64,000 nucleotides of DNA from Shigella phage ESh20. The translations under genes and the position numbers were made by a program. Below are positions 19,351 to 31,678 of the stretch, piece after piece. The notes beneath the pieces are model-generated. The model was not told where the DNA came from, made no database searches, and worked only from the letters and a program-made list of their open reading frames with translations. The stretch lies in sequence record ON528730; one strand, 5' to 3'. Each line of letters starts with the position of its first letter. Position 1 is the stretch's first letter.

Positions 19351-19866
19351 ATGAAAATTGGAATTACCCTTTGCCAGCCTGAAGCAGAGTTCTTGAAATC
19401 AATGTTGTCTGAGCATATGAAGTCCACAAATCACACTGAGAAGACATTCTTGATTGACACTAACTATGATGCAGGAACTATTGAGTTCATTGATGAAGAC
19501 ACTGCTGATTCTCTGTGTGTTCTTCCTGCTCACTTATTTACTCCAGAGCTACGTGAAAGTCGTTCTATTGAAGTTAATCTGGAGCCAAGTATTGAACTGT
19601 ACTCAGATACACAGTATCCAAGAAGCTTTAAAGCATTGCTAAACATCTTCGTAGCTGATATTGTAGAGATTGTTAAACAGACTGAAGGTGGTCATGTAGT
19701 AACTGCTGAGTATGAACAAGGCACTATCAAACTGACAGGTGACTTTGGTTCTATGAGTTTCTTAGACTTTGTTCCAAAACACTTTGAAGACTTTCTATCA
19801 AGTGAAGTTGATGACCTTGATTTCATACTAAAATTTGAACGCACTTTTAAGGTAAACAAAAAATGA
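19351..19866 (+). CDS. Hypothetical protein (171 aa)
   Basis: ORF track. Confidence 0.5.
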   Translation: MKIGITLCQPEAEFLKSMLSEHMKSTNHTEKTFLIDTNYDAGTIEFIDEDTADSLCVLPAHLFTPELRESRSIEVNLEPSIELYSDTQYPRSFKALLNIFVADIVEIVKQTEGGHVVTAEYEQGTIKLTGDFGSMSFLDFVPKHFEDFLSSEVDDLDFILKFERTFKVNKK

Positions 19867-20135
19867 AAATCTTAAGCGGAGTATCACAGTGTTACATGAA
19901 TGATGGTGAGCCAGTTAAATGCTGCCATTGTGGAGGTGAGAACTTCCAAGGTGAAGTTTCAGAGATTGTCTCTGGCAATATCGCTGAAGAGTACACCCGT
20001 TGCTGTGGATGTGGAAAGATTTTATCTTTTTGGGCTTATGGAAGTTATGAACCACAACCTCACCTTATTTACCATCCAAACAGGATTGTGAAGCGTGTTC
20101 TGAACTGGTTCATTATCAAAGGATTTACAAAATGA
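19863..20135 (+). CDS. Hypothetical zinc-ribbon protein (90 aa)
   Basis: Paired Cys clusters CCHCGG...CCGCGK. Confidence 0.45.
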   Translation: MKILSGVSQCYMNDGEPVKCCHCGGENFQGEVSEIVSGNIAEEYTRCCGCGKILSFWAYGSYEPQPHLIYHPNRIVKRVLNWFIIKGFTK

Positions 20136-20677
20136 TTAAGTTAATTTTTGCAAGTGGTATTAACGGGGAGTTTGGCACAGCTACTGGAATGCCTTGGCCT
20201 CGTAATAAACAAGATATGGCAGAGTTTAAGAAGCAGACTGTTAACCAGTTAATCTTGATGGGTAGCGAAACTTGGAAGACTCTTGGGAGTAAGCCTTTGC
20301 CAAACCGTGAGAACCTTGTCTTGACAAACTCTCTTGACTTTTATGGTCTGGACTTTAAAGATGACTCTCATTGCAAAGCAAGAGTTAAGCCTGAAGCTTT
20401 TGGGGCTTTCCTGAAGTATATTGATAGCTCTATTGAGGAAGATGTTTTAGTAATCGGTGGAGCCAACATCTTAATCTCAGCTTTACCGTATGCTGACGTA
20501 GTTTTCCACAGTGTTATTAAGGAAGTTACTGAAGAGGCTACTGTCAAGCTACCTTATGAGGGTTTCTTCCAGTACTTGTATGACACAGAGTTATTTGCTA
20601 AAGTACAGTCCAAACCTTCAGAAGATAAGTCTGTGGTTTTTGATACCTATGTTCCACAAGTAAGAGGACGTTTCTAA
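20132..20677 (+). CDS. Dihydrofolate reductase
   Basis: N-terminus MIKLIFASGINGEFGTATGMPWPRNKQDMAEFKK matches DHFR family; adjacent to thymidylate synthase. Confidence 0.8.
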   Translation: MIKLIFASGINGEFGTATGMPWPRNKQDMAEFKKQTVNQLILMGSETWKTLGSKPLPNRENLVLTNSLDFYGLDFKDDSHCKARVKPEAFGAFLKYIDSSIEEDVLVIGGANILISALPYADVVFHSVIKEVTEEATVKLPYEGFFQYLYDTELFAKVQSKPSEDKSVVFDTYVPQVRGRF

Positions 20678-20678
20678 T

Positions 20679-21578
20679 ATGTCACAAGCAGATGTAAGCT
20701 ACAAAGCTATTTTAAACCATGTTTTATCAGTTGGTGAGTTGCGTAAAACCCGAACTGGCTCAGTGATTTCAACCTTTGCTCCACCTGAGTTCCGTTTTGA
20801 TATGCGTAGTGGATTTCCATTAATCACCTCAAAACAAACATTCATGCGTCAAGTCCTCGGTGAAGCATTATGGTTTATGAACGGTGAAAACCAACTAGGC
20901 CATTTGCGTTACAGAACTTGGGGAGAGAACGACGGAGAGCGTTGGACTATCTGGACAGATGATTTTAAACGTTGGTTGAAAACAACCTATGCTACAGAGA
21001 ATGATTGGCTGGAGGATGCTGGAGGAAGAATCTATGGAGTCCAATGGAGAGCCTACGAAGGTCATGGTGGCGTTGTTGTAGACCAGTTGAGTAATCTTGT
21101 AGAGAAGATGAGAAAGTCTCCTACAGACCGTTACATGCTCGTTAACGCATGGAATGCAGCAGATATCTCAAGTAACTCTATGGCATTAGCACCTTGCCAT
21201 GTACTTTTTCAGATTTATATCTCGAACACTAATGAGGTGGATTTGAAATGGTATCAGCGTTCTTGTGATACGTTCTTAGGGTTACCATTTAACATTGCTT
21301 CCTATGCCTTTATCTTGGAAGTGTTGTGTAAACTGACGGGATATACACCGCGATATCTGGTAGGGACTTATGGTGATACTCAAATCTATCAGAACCATAT
21401 GTCACAGGTTTTTCAGCTTCTTGGCAATGAAGAGTTCCCAGCACCTAAGTTTGAAATTCATCAAGATTTGAAGTCTCTTGAAGACTTGAGACATATGACA
21501 GCAGATGACTTCCTAGGTGGGTTGAAAGGGTATAAACATGCTGGTAAGATTGAAGCACCTTTATCAGTAGGTAAGTAG
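20679..21578 (+). CDS. Thymidylate synthase
   Basis: Conserved blocks RTGTGSVISTFAPPEFRFDM and catalytic-Cys region LAPCHVLFQIY. Confidence 0.9.
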   Translation: MSQADVSYKAILNHVLSVGELRKTRTGSVISTFAPPEFRFDMRSGFPLITSKQTFMRQVLGEALWFMNGENQLGHLRYRTWGENDGERWTIWTDDFKRWLKTTYATENDWLEDAGGRIYGVQWRAYEGHGGVVVDQLSNLVEKMRKSPTDRYMLVNAWNAADISSNSMALAPCHVLFQIYISNTNEVDLKWYQRSCDTFLGLPFNIASYAFILEVLCKLTGYTPRYLVGTYGDTQIYQNHMSQVFQLLGNEEFPAPKFEIHQDLKSLEDLRHMTADDFLGGLKGYKHAGKIEAPLSVGK

Positions 21579-21586
21579 AAACAAAA

Positions 21587-21615
21587 AAGGCTCCCGTAAA
21601 AAGGAGCCTTAGAAT
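21587..21615. terminator. Bidirectional hairpin terminator between convergent genes
   Basis: AAGGCTCC-cgtaaaa-GGAGCCTT flanked by A-run and T-rich tract. Confidence 0.6.
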
Positions 21616-21989
21616 TATTTCTTTTTAGTGCTTTGGGTATTTTGTTCTGTAATTGCTTGCAAAGCTGATACAGATTGTGCTAAGTTGTTAACACTGTCAG
21701 AGAACTTATCAAGGGTCTTAGTCAACTTAGCGTTTTCTCCCTTAACATTCTCTAGCTGAACTTTCTGGTTCTCCATCCCTAATTGTAGGAGCTTCATATC
21801 AGATTGTAAGTCACGAATAACTGAATAGTTACCTTTTGAGTAACCATCCAACTGCTGTAACTTATTTGTGATAGACACTTCCTGTTTACCATCAGAGACC
21901 TGCATTGTAGTGTACATCCCAATTACACTGAAAATACCTACAACGATTGCACCAATATTATTCTTAAAAGCATCTTCAAGCCACTTCAT
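21615..21989 (-). CDS. Membrane-anchored coiled-coil protein (possible i-spanin-like)
   Basis: N-terminal TM segment IGAIVVGIFSVIGMYTT then coiled-coil periplasmic region; function inferred from topology only. Confidence 0.3.
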   Translation of the reverse strand: MKWLEDAFKNNIGAIVVGIFSVIGMYTTMQVSDGKQEVSITNKLQQLDGYSKGNYSVIRDLQSDMKLLQLGMENQKVQLENVKGENAKLTKTLDKFSDSVNNLAQSVSALQAITEQNTQSTKKK

Positions 21990-22183
21990 TATTTCTCACC
22001 TTTAAAAGCCTTTTCCAAGGTATCTACAAATTCATCATCAATAGGTGTATCTGTTTTACTCGCAAGGTATCTTGCAAGCTTAAAGAACACTTTTTCAATC
22101 ATGTATTCACTGAGAAGAGAAAAAAGAAGCTTCCAAAAGAATGCCCCAAGGTTTTTCATGAGGATTGCTAGAATGGTTGGCAT
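21989..22183 (-). CDS. Small membrane protein (possible holin-like)
   Basis: 64 aa, hydrophobic N-terminus, charged C-terminus; own promoter upstream. Confidence 0.3.
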   Translation of the reverse strand: MPTILAILMKNLGAFFWKLLFSLLSEYMIEKVFFKLARYLASKTDTPIDDEFVDTLEKAFKGEK

Positions 22184-22232
22184 TTAATCACCTTACTTCT
22201 TGAGCCAAGATGGTGAGAATACCTACTAAGAA

Positions 22233-22261
22233 ATATTAACACCATCTTGACAGTTAGTCAA
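22233..22261 (-). promoter_or_regulatory. Sigma70-like promoter (minus strand)
   Basis: Minus-strand TTGACT, 17-nt spacer, TAATAT; overlapped by the 10-bp inverted repeat CAAGATGGTG (22206-22215) / CACCATCTTG (22241-22250). Confidence 0.5.
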
Positions 22262-22269
22262 CAAGGTAA

Positions 22270-24648
22270 TTATGCAGTTCTTACCCAAGCCATTAATTTA
22301 ATGTAAGTGTTAAGAACACTGAATGCTGCACCAGAACCAGTTGCACCAGTGTTACCACTGAATGTATGGTTGTGAGCACCAATACCTACACCGTGACCGT
22401 GAGCACCTACCCAACTTGTTCTTCCTGTCCAAGTTCTTGATGCGTAGAAGTTAACTGGTGTACCATAAGTGAACTGTGAACCAGTGTAACCTCTAGACGC
22501 TTGTGAACCTGAGATAGCAAACGCCCCACTTGCTGTATAAAAGCTGTTTGCGTCACTTCTGAAGAAACCAAAGTCACCAGAGATTTCCATGTTACCTCTG
22601 TCATGGTCGTGAGCACCTTGAGCGTCTGTGTACTTAGTACCATAATCAAAGGTAGTGGTTGTTCCAGAGAAGCTGTGAGTGTGCGCAGGGATATGACCAA
22701 CACTTAATGCAACTGTATCAGCACCACCAAGCCCTTTCACATCGGAACCATTTGCAGAACCAATTCTAATGGTTCTGTTTGCACCCTCTGTCAAGTAAGT
22801 CCAAGTAGTGCCTGGGAAAGCTGTATTTGGGTTGACATTAGAAGCAAAGAACGTCACAATACCAACTGGATACACTTTCTTAAGGTCTGTAGAATCAGTT
22901 ACCGCAGAGGCAATACGTTGGTCTACTTCAGCCTTGGTGTAAGCACCAAGTTCAGCAGGTGTAGGTTTAGCCTTATCTGTATAGATTTTAGACCAAAACT
23001 CTTCAAAACCAAAACTGTCCCTTGCCGTTCTATAGTAGATTCCACCATTTTTGTATTCGAACCTAAGCTGTGCAGAAGGTGTGGATGCGCCAATCCCAAG
23101 GTACATTTGGTAAACTAAGTGAGTTGAACCACCACTTGAACTTGTAACATTGTACAAACCTGTTTTTGCATTCCAAGCAACACCTGTTTCATCACCGACT
23201 TCGGTTCCCGTTCCAGATACACCAGACAACATATATCTTGAGTTTGCAGCAGATTGTGTGTAGTATCTTGAGTCAAAGTTTGACCAATCTGTAGGCTGAA
23301 CCTGACCGGTTACTGATACACTTCTGTTGAACATGAAAGTATCAGCAATTTCTAACTGAACACCACCGCTTGAGTAGTTATACAGGAATAGAGAATTTGG
23401 TCTACTACCTTCACCGTTACCAACATACCAACGTCTGTTGCCGTCTGCATTAGCACCAACAATATACAGTGGTGAATTAGCTGTCCCACTTTGCAATGTG
23501 AAAGCCGCATCTGTAGTAACAATAGTTTGTGGGTTAGTAAAAACGTTTGCAGCATTAGTTCTTGCAAGAACGTTCGTTAAAGAGCTTGGAACATATCTTG
23601 TATCAAAGTTTGCAAAGTCACTTGGTTTTACCTGACCAGATACATTAATAGCTTTGTTAAATGAAAACTCTGTAGCAATTTTCAAGTTAACATTTGTCAT
23701 CTGGTTTGCTAAAACAATCTCAGACTGCGTACCATCTGGTTGACCCACATACCAAGCACCTGTCCCAGCACTGTTGTAACCACGCATAAATAATGCAGCA
23801 TTCTCTGTAGCCGCTCTTAAGTTAAGTGCATTTCTATCTGCAATAACATAAGTCTTCCCGTTGAAGTTGTTAACCCCAACAAAGTTATTACTTGCATTAA
23901 GTCTTGCAAATCTCTGGTCAGCAGCAGTCTGTGTAAAGAATCTTGCATCAAGGTTGTTCCAGTTATTAGGCTGAACCTGACCATTGATTTCAAAGTTCTT
24001 GTCAACACTAACAGAGTTTGTACCAAGAGTCAACGTAGCACCTTTGCTGTTAACTAATGTAACATCAGTACCAGAAGTCAAGTTACCAACTGTGAATCTC
24101 AAAGCATTATTTGAATCTCTTGCTTCAATATATGCTCCACCATCTGGTAAGATGCTTTTAAGTGTTAAACCAACACCGTTGATATTAATGATTTGTCTTG
24201 CCAAGAAGGTATTTTCAGTTTCCTTCATAGCATATCTTGCATCATTTTCAGTATTAGTTCTCATACCTAATTCATTAGGAGATGGTTTATTAAGTGTGTG
24301 ATAAACTGTTGCAGACCTTGTGGCATCATTTACAGTTAATCTTAAAGCACTTGCATTAATTCTAAAGGTCTTGGCAGTGTCACCGAGAATAACTTCAGAA
24401 GAACCTGTTGGGTCTAATAAGTCTTTTCCACCGTATCTTAATTTGACGATGCCAAGATTCCCTGTCATATCCCCACCAGTTAGTTGTAAGAATCTTTCTA
24501 GTTTGAAAGAGGCAAGGAAATTTGCATAGGTCATTTTACGGTCTTCATCACCTAGCATATCAGACCTTTTGATAATTCTTAGGTGAAGTAAATCTTCTGA
24601 GCGAACTGTATCAATACTGTTTAGCTCACTTAGCTTATATTCAGCCAT
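22270..24648 (-). CDS. Tail fibre protein with His-x-His-rich C-terminal tip
   Basis: 792 aa; internal repeats NLDARFFTQTAADQRFARL / NFDTRYVPSSL / NFDSRYYTQSAANSRY; C-terminal HTHS, GAHDHD, GAHGHGVGIGAHNHT motifs. Confidence 0.75.
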   Translation of the reverse strand: MAEYKLSELNSIDTVRSEDLLHLRIIKRSDMLGDEDRKMTYANFLASFKLERFLQLTGGDMTGNLGIVKLRYGGKDLLDPTGSSEVILGDTAKTFRINASALRLTVNDATRSATVYHTLNKPSPNELGMRTNTENDARYAMKETENTFLARQIININGVGLTLKSILPDGGAYIEARDSNNALRFTVGNLTSGTDVTLVNSKGATLTLGTNSVSVDKNFEINGQVQPNNWNNLDARFFTQTAADQRFARLNASNNFVGVNNFNGKTYVIADRNALNLRAATENAALFMRGYNSAGTGAWYVGQPDGTQSEIVLANQMTNVNLKIATEFSFNKAINVSGQVKPSDFANFDTRYVPSSLTNVLARTNAANVFTNPQTIVTTDAAFTLQSGTANSPLYIVGANADGNRRWYVGNGEGSRPNSLFLYNYSSGGVQLEIADTFMFNRSVSVTGQVQPTDWSNFDSRYYTQSAANSRYMLSGVSGTGTEVGDETGVAWNAKTGLYNVTSSSGGSTHLVYQMYLGIGASTPSAQLRFEYKNGGIYYRTARDSFGFEEFWSKIYTDKAKPTPAELGAYTKAEVDQRIASAVTDSTDLKKVYPVGIVTFFASNVNPNTAFPGTTWTYLTEGANRTIRIGSANGSDVKGLGGADTVALSVGHIPAHTHSFSGTTTTFDYGTKYTDAQGAHDHDRGNMEISGDFGFFRSDANSFYTASGAFAISGSQASRGYTGSQFTYGTPVNFYASRTWTGRTSWVGAHGHGVGIGAHNHTFSGNTGATGSGAAFSVLNTYIKLMAWVRTA

Positions 24649-24693
24649 TTATAAATCCTCTTTCTAGGGGCTGTGTAGCCCCTTATAAAATAA

Positions 24694-25869
24694 TTACGCA
24701 GTTCTCTTCCAAACATATACAACATAAGAAGGTTGCTCAATATTAAATGCTTGTCCAGCACCAAATGCACCAGTTGTACCTGAGTGAGTGTGCTCAGAAG
24801 ATTGAACTGTCACAGTACCTGAGTGTCCATGTGAACCAATTGCAACGCTGTGTCCATGTGCTCCGATATACACACTGTGAGAGTGGTTACCACCAACTGA
24901 AGAGTTAACGTTGAAGGTATGTGTGTGAACCCCATCAAAGTCTGTATATGACGCATTACCAACACCTGCATCAGCCGTTGCCGTAATAGCGTTTACACCA
25001 CCCCTGTCAGAACCCCTCAATGGAATCCTGTGGCTGTGACTACCAGCACTGCTTACAGAACCATTAACGTTATGAGCGTGGCTTCCAGAGTCGTTTGTGG
25101 CCTTAGAACCATAATCAAAACTTGATGTGCTCTTAGTTCCATAGTCAAAGCTAGAAATTACTACTGTTGCATTATGGGAGTGTCCACCACCAGTTAACAA
25201 CACAGAGTGTGTGTGACTTGGAATGTTATTTTGTGTAAGTGTTACAGTAGCAGAACCAAATACTGATTCTACAGGTCTTGTATCTGTATCATAACCGACA
25301 AGAGACCTTCCTTTAGAAACTAACTCCCAAGTACCACCACAAAGTAAATATGTAGATGGGTTTGCAGGGTTAACTGACAAATGAATAGTACCAATTGGAT
25401 AGCTATTCTGGATAGCTCTATATAAAGCATTCACAGCTTTTGCAGTAGCATACTTATCAGCATCTTCAGAGTAAGAGTTTGAATATGTCCAGTTTTGAAT
25501 ATTAGACAAACCTACTTGAATCTTGTTAGTGTTGTGAGGGTTATTCTTGTCATTAATGTGATTCTGGATAAGAGCATTAACTTCATCACTTGATAGAATA
25601 TTAAGGTTCTGCCTAGCCTCTTCAACACTAACCACGTCTGACAAGTTATTAGCAGCCACTAATTGGAGTGCGTTAACAACATTACCAAGTTCTACGTGAA
25701 CCTTTGTAACACCGTGTGGGTTATTTCTTAAAGATGCGTGTGGAGCAAGTAATTGCTCAAGTGTGCATCGTTTATCCTCAATACCTTGCTTAAGGTGAAA
25801 GATATCACTTAAATCAATAGGCAACGAGGCTTGAGGTAATGCACTAATTTGAATTTCACCTACTGGCAT
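24694..25869 (-). CDS. Tail fibre protein (second fibre, related C-terminal tip)
   Basis: N-terminal repeats NNPHGVTKVHVELGNV / NNPHNTNKIQVGLSNI; C-terminal HxH repeats; C-terminal end (...VWKRTA) similar to fibre 1 (...AWVRTA). Confidence 0.7.
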   Translation of the reverse strand: MPVGEIQISALPQASLPIDLSDIFHLKQGIEDKRCTLEQLLAPHASLRNNPHGVTKVHVELGNVVNALQLVAANNLSDVVSVEEARQNLNILSSDEVNALIQNHINDKNNPHNTNKIQVGLSNIQNWTYSNSYSEDADKYATAKAVNALYRAIQNSYPIGTIHLSVNPANPSTYLLCGGTWELVSKGRSLVGYDTDTRPVESVFGSATVTLTQNNIPSHTHSVLLTGGGHSHNATVVISSFDYGTKSTSSFDYGSKATNDSGSHAHNVNGSVSSAGSHSHRIPLRGSDRGGVNAITATADAGVGNASYTDFDGVHTHTFNVNSSVGGNHSHSVYIGAHGHSVAIGSHGHSGTVTVQSSEHTHSGTTGAFGAGQAFNIEQPSYVVYVWKRTA

Positions 25870-25871
25870 TA

Positions 25872-26171
25872 TTAGCTCCCTTTATATTCGTATGTGTAAA
25901 GGTTAGTCGTGCTAGTGGGTGCAGTTCCTGTTACTGTGTCAATTAATTCCCAACCATTGGAAACTAAATCAGGTTGCTCCGTAGCAAATGAACGAACCTC
26001 TCCAACCGTACCATTTACTTTGTTAAGCAAATAGTTGATAATATAGTTAAACCACTGACGACCCATAGGTTCACCCCTTAATAGGCCAGTGGCTTGAATT
26101 TCTGGAGGTGGTAAAACTTTAAGCTGGTTACCATCAGCATCAACTGTATCTGTAGACCATGAAAGAGACAT
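25872..26171 (-). CDS. Hypothetical tail/baseplate-associated protein (99 aa)
   Basis: ORF track; synteny. Confidence 0.4.
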   Translation of the reverse strand: MSLSWSTDTVDADGNQLKVLPPPEIQATGLLRGEPMGRQWFNYIINYLLNKVNGTVGEVRSFATEQPDLVSNGWELIDTVTGTAPTSTTNLYTYEYKGS

Positions 26172-27067
26172 TATGAACTTCCTTCTTGTTGAGATTTATC
26201 TTTTCTGCCTTTGACGATTTGGGCGACTTCTGCCATAATCCCATAATCACCACCTGCTACTGTTTCTTTACCAGCAATGAAATAGTCGTTGCTATTGTTT
26301 GTTTTGCTGACTTTTAAATAATCTTTACTGGTACTTCCACCAGTTTTATCCACTCTTACATAACCATCTCTTACACCTGCATCTGCAAAACTACCTAATT
26401 TATTTGCTTCTAGAGAGCCACCTGTGTTGTTCGTAATAAGACCCTTGTTAGTGTTTGTTACAAACCAGTTATTGTTCTCATCAGTAATTGCCAGAGATGA
26501 ATCAGCAACCTCTACAGGAGTCCAAGCAGTACCATTTAAGGTAACATCTCTAAGGATAACTGCTGAACCAATAGTTGTTGCAGCAATCTTAGAAAGTGTG
26601 TATGCTGTATCTAACACGTTATTACGAGTGTTTACACGGATAACAATTCCACCAGTCATTGGCGTAATGTGCTCAAAAATCTGACTGAATGATGCGTTGT
26701 AAAGGGTCATAACAGCCCTTTGTAAGAAGCTTGGTGTGGTGTCAGAACGTCTTAAGAAAATTTGAATGTAGAGGATAGCTCTGTAAGTGTCATCATCAGC
26801 ACCAATAGGTCTAGGGACTTTAATCAAAGCCCCGATGTTATCAAGTTGTGTGCCAACACCTACACGAATATTTCTTTCAGTATATAACTGATTACTGATA
26901 TCCTCTAATAATTGTAACTCATCTGTGATAGATTTCAATAGACTTGTGTAAATAAACTTATCTTTGAATTGTGTTACAGTTCTTTCGTCCAATGTTTTCT
27001 CATAAAAGTTTTCAATCTTTTTAAACATTGTTACTCCTTGGTAATTGTATACTGTGAGCTTTCCCAA
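26171..27067 (-). CDS. Putative baseplate/tail fibre attachment protein
   Basis: Position between baseplate genes and tail fibres; no motif verified. Confidence 0.35.
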   Translation of the reverse strand: MGKLTVYNYQGVTMFKKIENFYEKTLDERTVTQFKDKFIYTSLLKSITDELQLLEDISNQLYTERNIRVGVGTQLDNIGALIKVPRPIGADDDTYRAILYIQIFLRRSDTTPSFLQRAVMTLYNASFSQIFEHITPMTGGIVIRVNTRNNVLDTAYTLSKIAATTIGSAVILRDVTLNGTAWTPVEVADSSLAITDENNNWFVTNTNKGLITNNTGGSLEANKLGSFADAGVRDGYVRVDKTGGSTSKDYLKVSKTNNSNDYFIAGKETVAGGDYGIMAEVAQIVKGRKDKSQQEGSS

Positions 27068-28500
27068 ACAGTGTACTGGTCACCATCAATAGTGATTCTT
27101 GAAGTTGTGTACTGCCCCTCAGCAGGTGGAATTGCTTGGTTATTTGAAAGTGCAACCTTAATCTCATTAATCTCGATACCTTGAATCACATCATAGATAT
27201 GTCCATAGATTCTGTTAGGGATTACATCGTTACCAACTTTCAAAGTTCTACCATAGGCATTAATACCTTGAACAATTCTGTCATGGATATCCTGTTCAGG
27301 GATGTTAAGAGTTTCTTCATCGTAAAGAGAGTAAGTAACCTTGACAAAAACGTATTTAGGCATTGGTCTACTAAAGTAAACGTCGTGAGGGAGAGAGCCT
27401 AAGTCGTATGCAGTCCCAAAGATTGAACCATATGGGCGAATACCAGCAGGTTTCGTGTCCCAGATTGCCTGTGCAATATTATCATTCTGACCACCAACTA
27501 CAACAATCTTAAAGGACTTCGGAGGAAGACCGTCAGAGTTTGTTGTCTCAGTATCATTTTCTACACCAGAAGCATCAGACACACCTTGAACTCTCTTGAC
27601 AGCAGCTACAATAGCATCTAGAGTACCTACACCAGTAACAGCCAGAGATTCTAAGTAACGTTGTCTCAGTTCTGTGTCAGTTTCCTCATCACGACCTGTT
27701 GTCAAGTCATATCTGTTGAAAACACTATCAAGACCATCTACAGTTGTTTCAATCTCAATCAAGGTTCCTGCCAGAGTCTGGATAGCTCCAGTTTCATCTG
27801 CTACAACGTCACTGATTGAAGTAATCTTTGTAAATGTTAAGAATGTCGTTGCAGTAACAACCATAGGGTTAGTTCTGGCAATGATATCTCCAGTGTCTTT
27901 ATAGATTCTTAGAACTGAGCCATCATTAATAACTTCAGCCTTTGCAATAATACCACCATTAATAGCATCTGCAAGTTTCTGTAGCAATGTTGTAATGGTA
28001 TCAGAACTAGTCGGCTGATATGAATACTCAATGTTGTCAATGATAATAACATAGTTTGCATCTGTTCGTAAAGAGTTAACTTCTAAGTTTGCCTCTACAC
28101 AGTAAGATGGAGTCAGTGTGAAAGTTGACACAGGGTAAAAGATATTACCTGCTGTGCTTCTTAATCTTGTAGTGGCTGGTACAGGAGCACCAGAATTACC
28201 AGTGAACTCAGCTTGGCCTCTTGTAGCCTGTGCCACATATCTGTATACAGCATTCAAAGCTGTTACATCATCTAAACTGAATCCTTCAGCTTTGTCAATA
28301 GTACCACCATCATAGATTTCTGACAAGATTTCATGAACGTCTGCAAGACCTCGGCAAACAGAAGCTAAGAATAACCCAAGTTCGCTATCTTCAGAAACAT
28401 CAAGGTTTGGTGAGATATCTCTATACAGACTTGCTTTAACATCATCCAAGATTTCTTGATATCTTTTTGTTTGTAAACCTGTAGTTGTTAATCCAGCCAT
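27031..28500 (-). CDS. Putative baseplate J-like protein
   Basis: 489 aa immediately downstream of the gp25/W-like wedge gene; synteny only. Confidence 0.4.
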   Translation of the reverse strand: MAGLTTTGLQTKRYQEILDDVKASLYRDISPNLDVSEDSELGLFLASVCRGLADVHEILSEIYDGGTIDKAEGFSLDDVTALNAVYRYVAQATRGQAEFTGNSGAPVPATTRLRSTAGNIFYPVSTFTLTPSYCVEANLEVNSLRTDANYVIIIDNIEYSYQPTSSDTITTLLQKLADAINGGIIAKAEVINDGSVLRIYKDTGDIIARTNPMVVTATTFLTFTKITSISDVVADETGAIQTLAGTLIEIETTVDGLDSVFNRYDLTTGRDEETDTELRQRYLESLAVTGVGTLDAIVAAVKRVQGVSDASGVENDTETTNSDGLPPKSFKIVVVGGQNDNIAQAIWDTKPAGIRPYGSIFGTAYDLGSLPHDVYFSRPMPKYVFVKVTYSLYDEETLNIPEQDIHDRIVQGINAYGRTLKVGNDVIPNRIYGHIYDVIQGIEINEIKVALSNNQAIPPAEGQYTTSRITIDGDQYTVWESSQYTITKE

Positions 28501-28915
28501 TAAATGTTTACCTCTGTATTAATTTCAACATCGTCAGCAGTTGTCGTTGCATTAAATCTGACTGACACTTTTCTCATTGCATTATCCATTGTTGAAGAGT
28601 AGTTGTAGATGTTTGTTACATCTCTCGTTTCAACAAGGTAACCTTTCATATAATTATCAAAAATAGAGGTCTTCTGCTTGAACTTAGCAAGCTGTAAATA
28701 AGGGAATCCAGCAGATGTATTAAAGAATACCTCTCCAGCCCTTAGAAGACACCTAATATGTAATCTTTGAGCTACCTGAGTAGCTTTATCGTCTTCTGGG
28801 ATAATTCTAATCTGATTACCCGTAATTTTTAAATCTCCGTGAGCAACGTATACAGAATCATTTCCTAATTTAGCTACGTAGTCACCACCAAGATTGATTG
28901 CAAAATCTGTTTTCA

Positions 28916-28916
<1 letters not shown>
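28500..28916 (-). CDS. Putative baseplate wedge protein (gp25/W-like)
   Basis: Motif [27 protein letters not shown] resembles the conserved gp25/GPW block. Confidence 0.5.
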
Positions 28917-31677
<2,761 letters not shown>

Positions 31678-31678
<1 letters not shown>

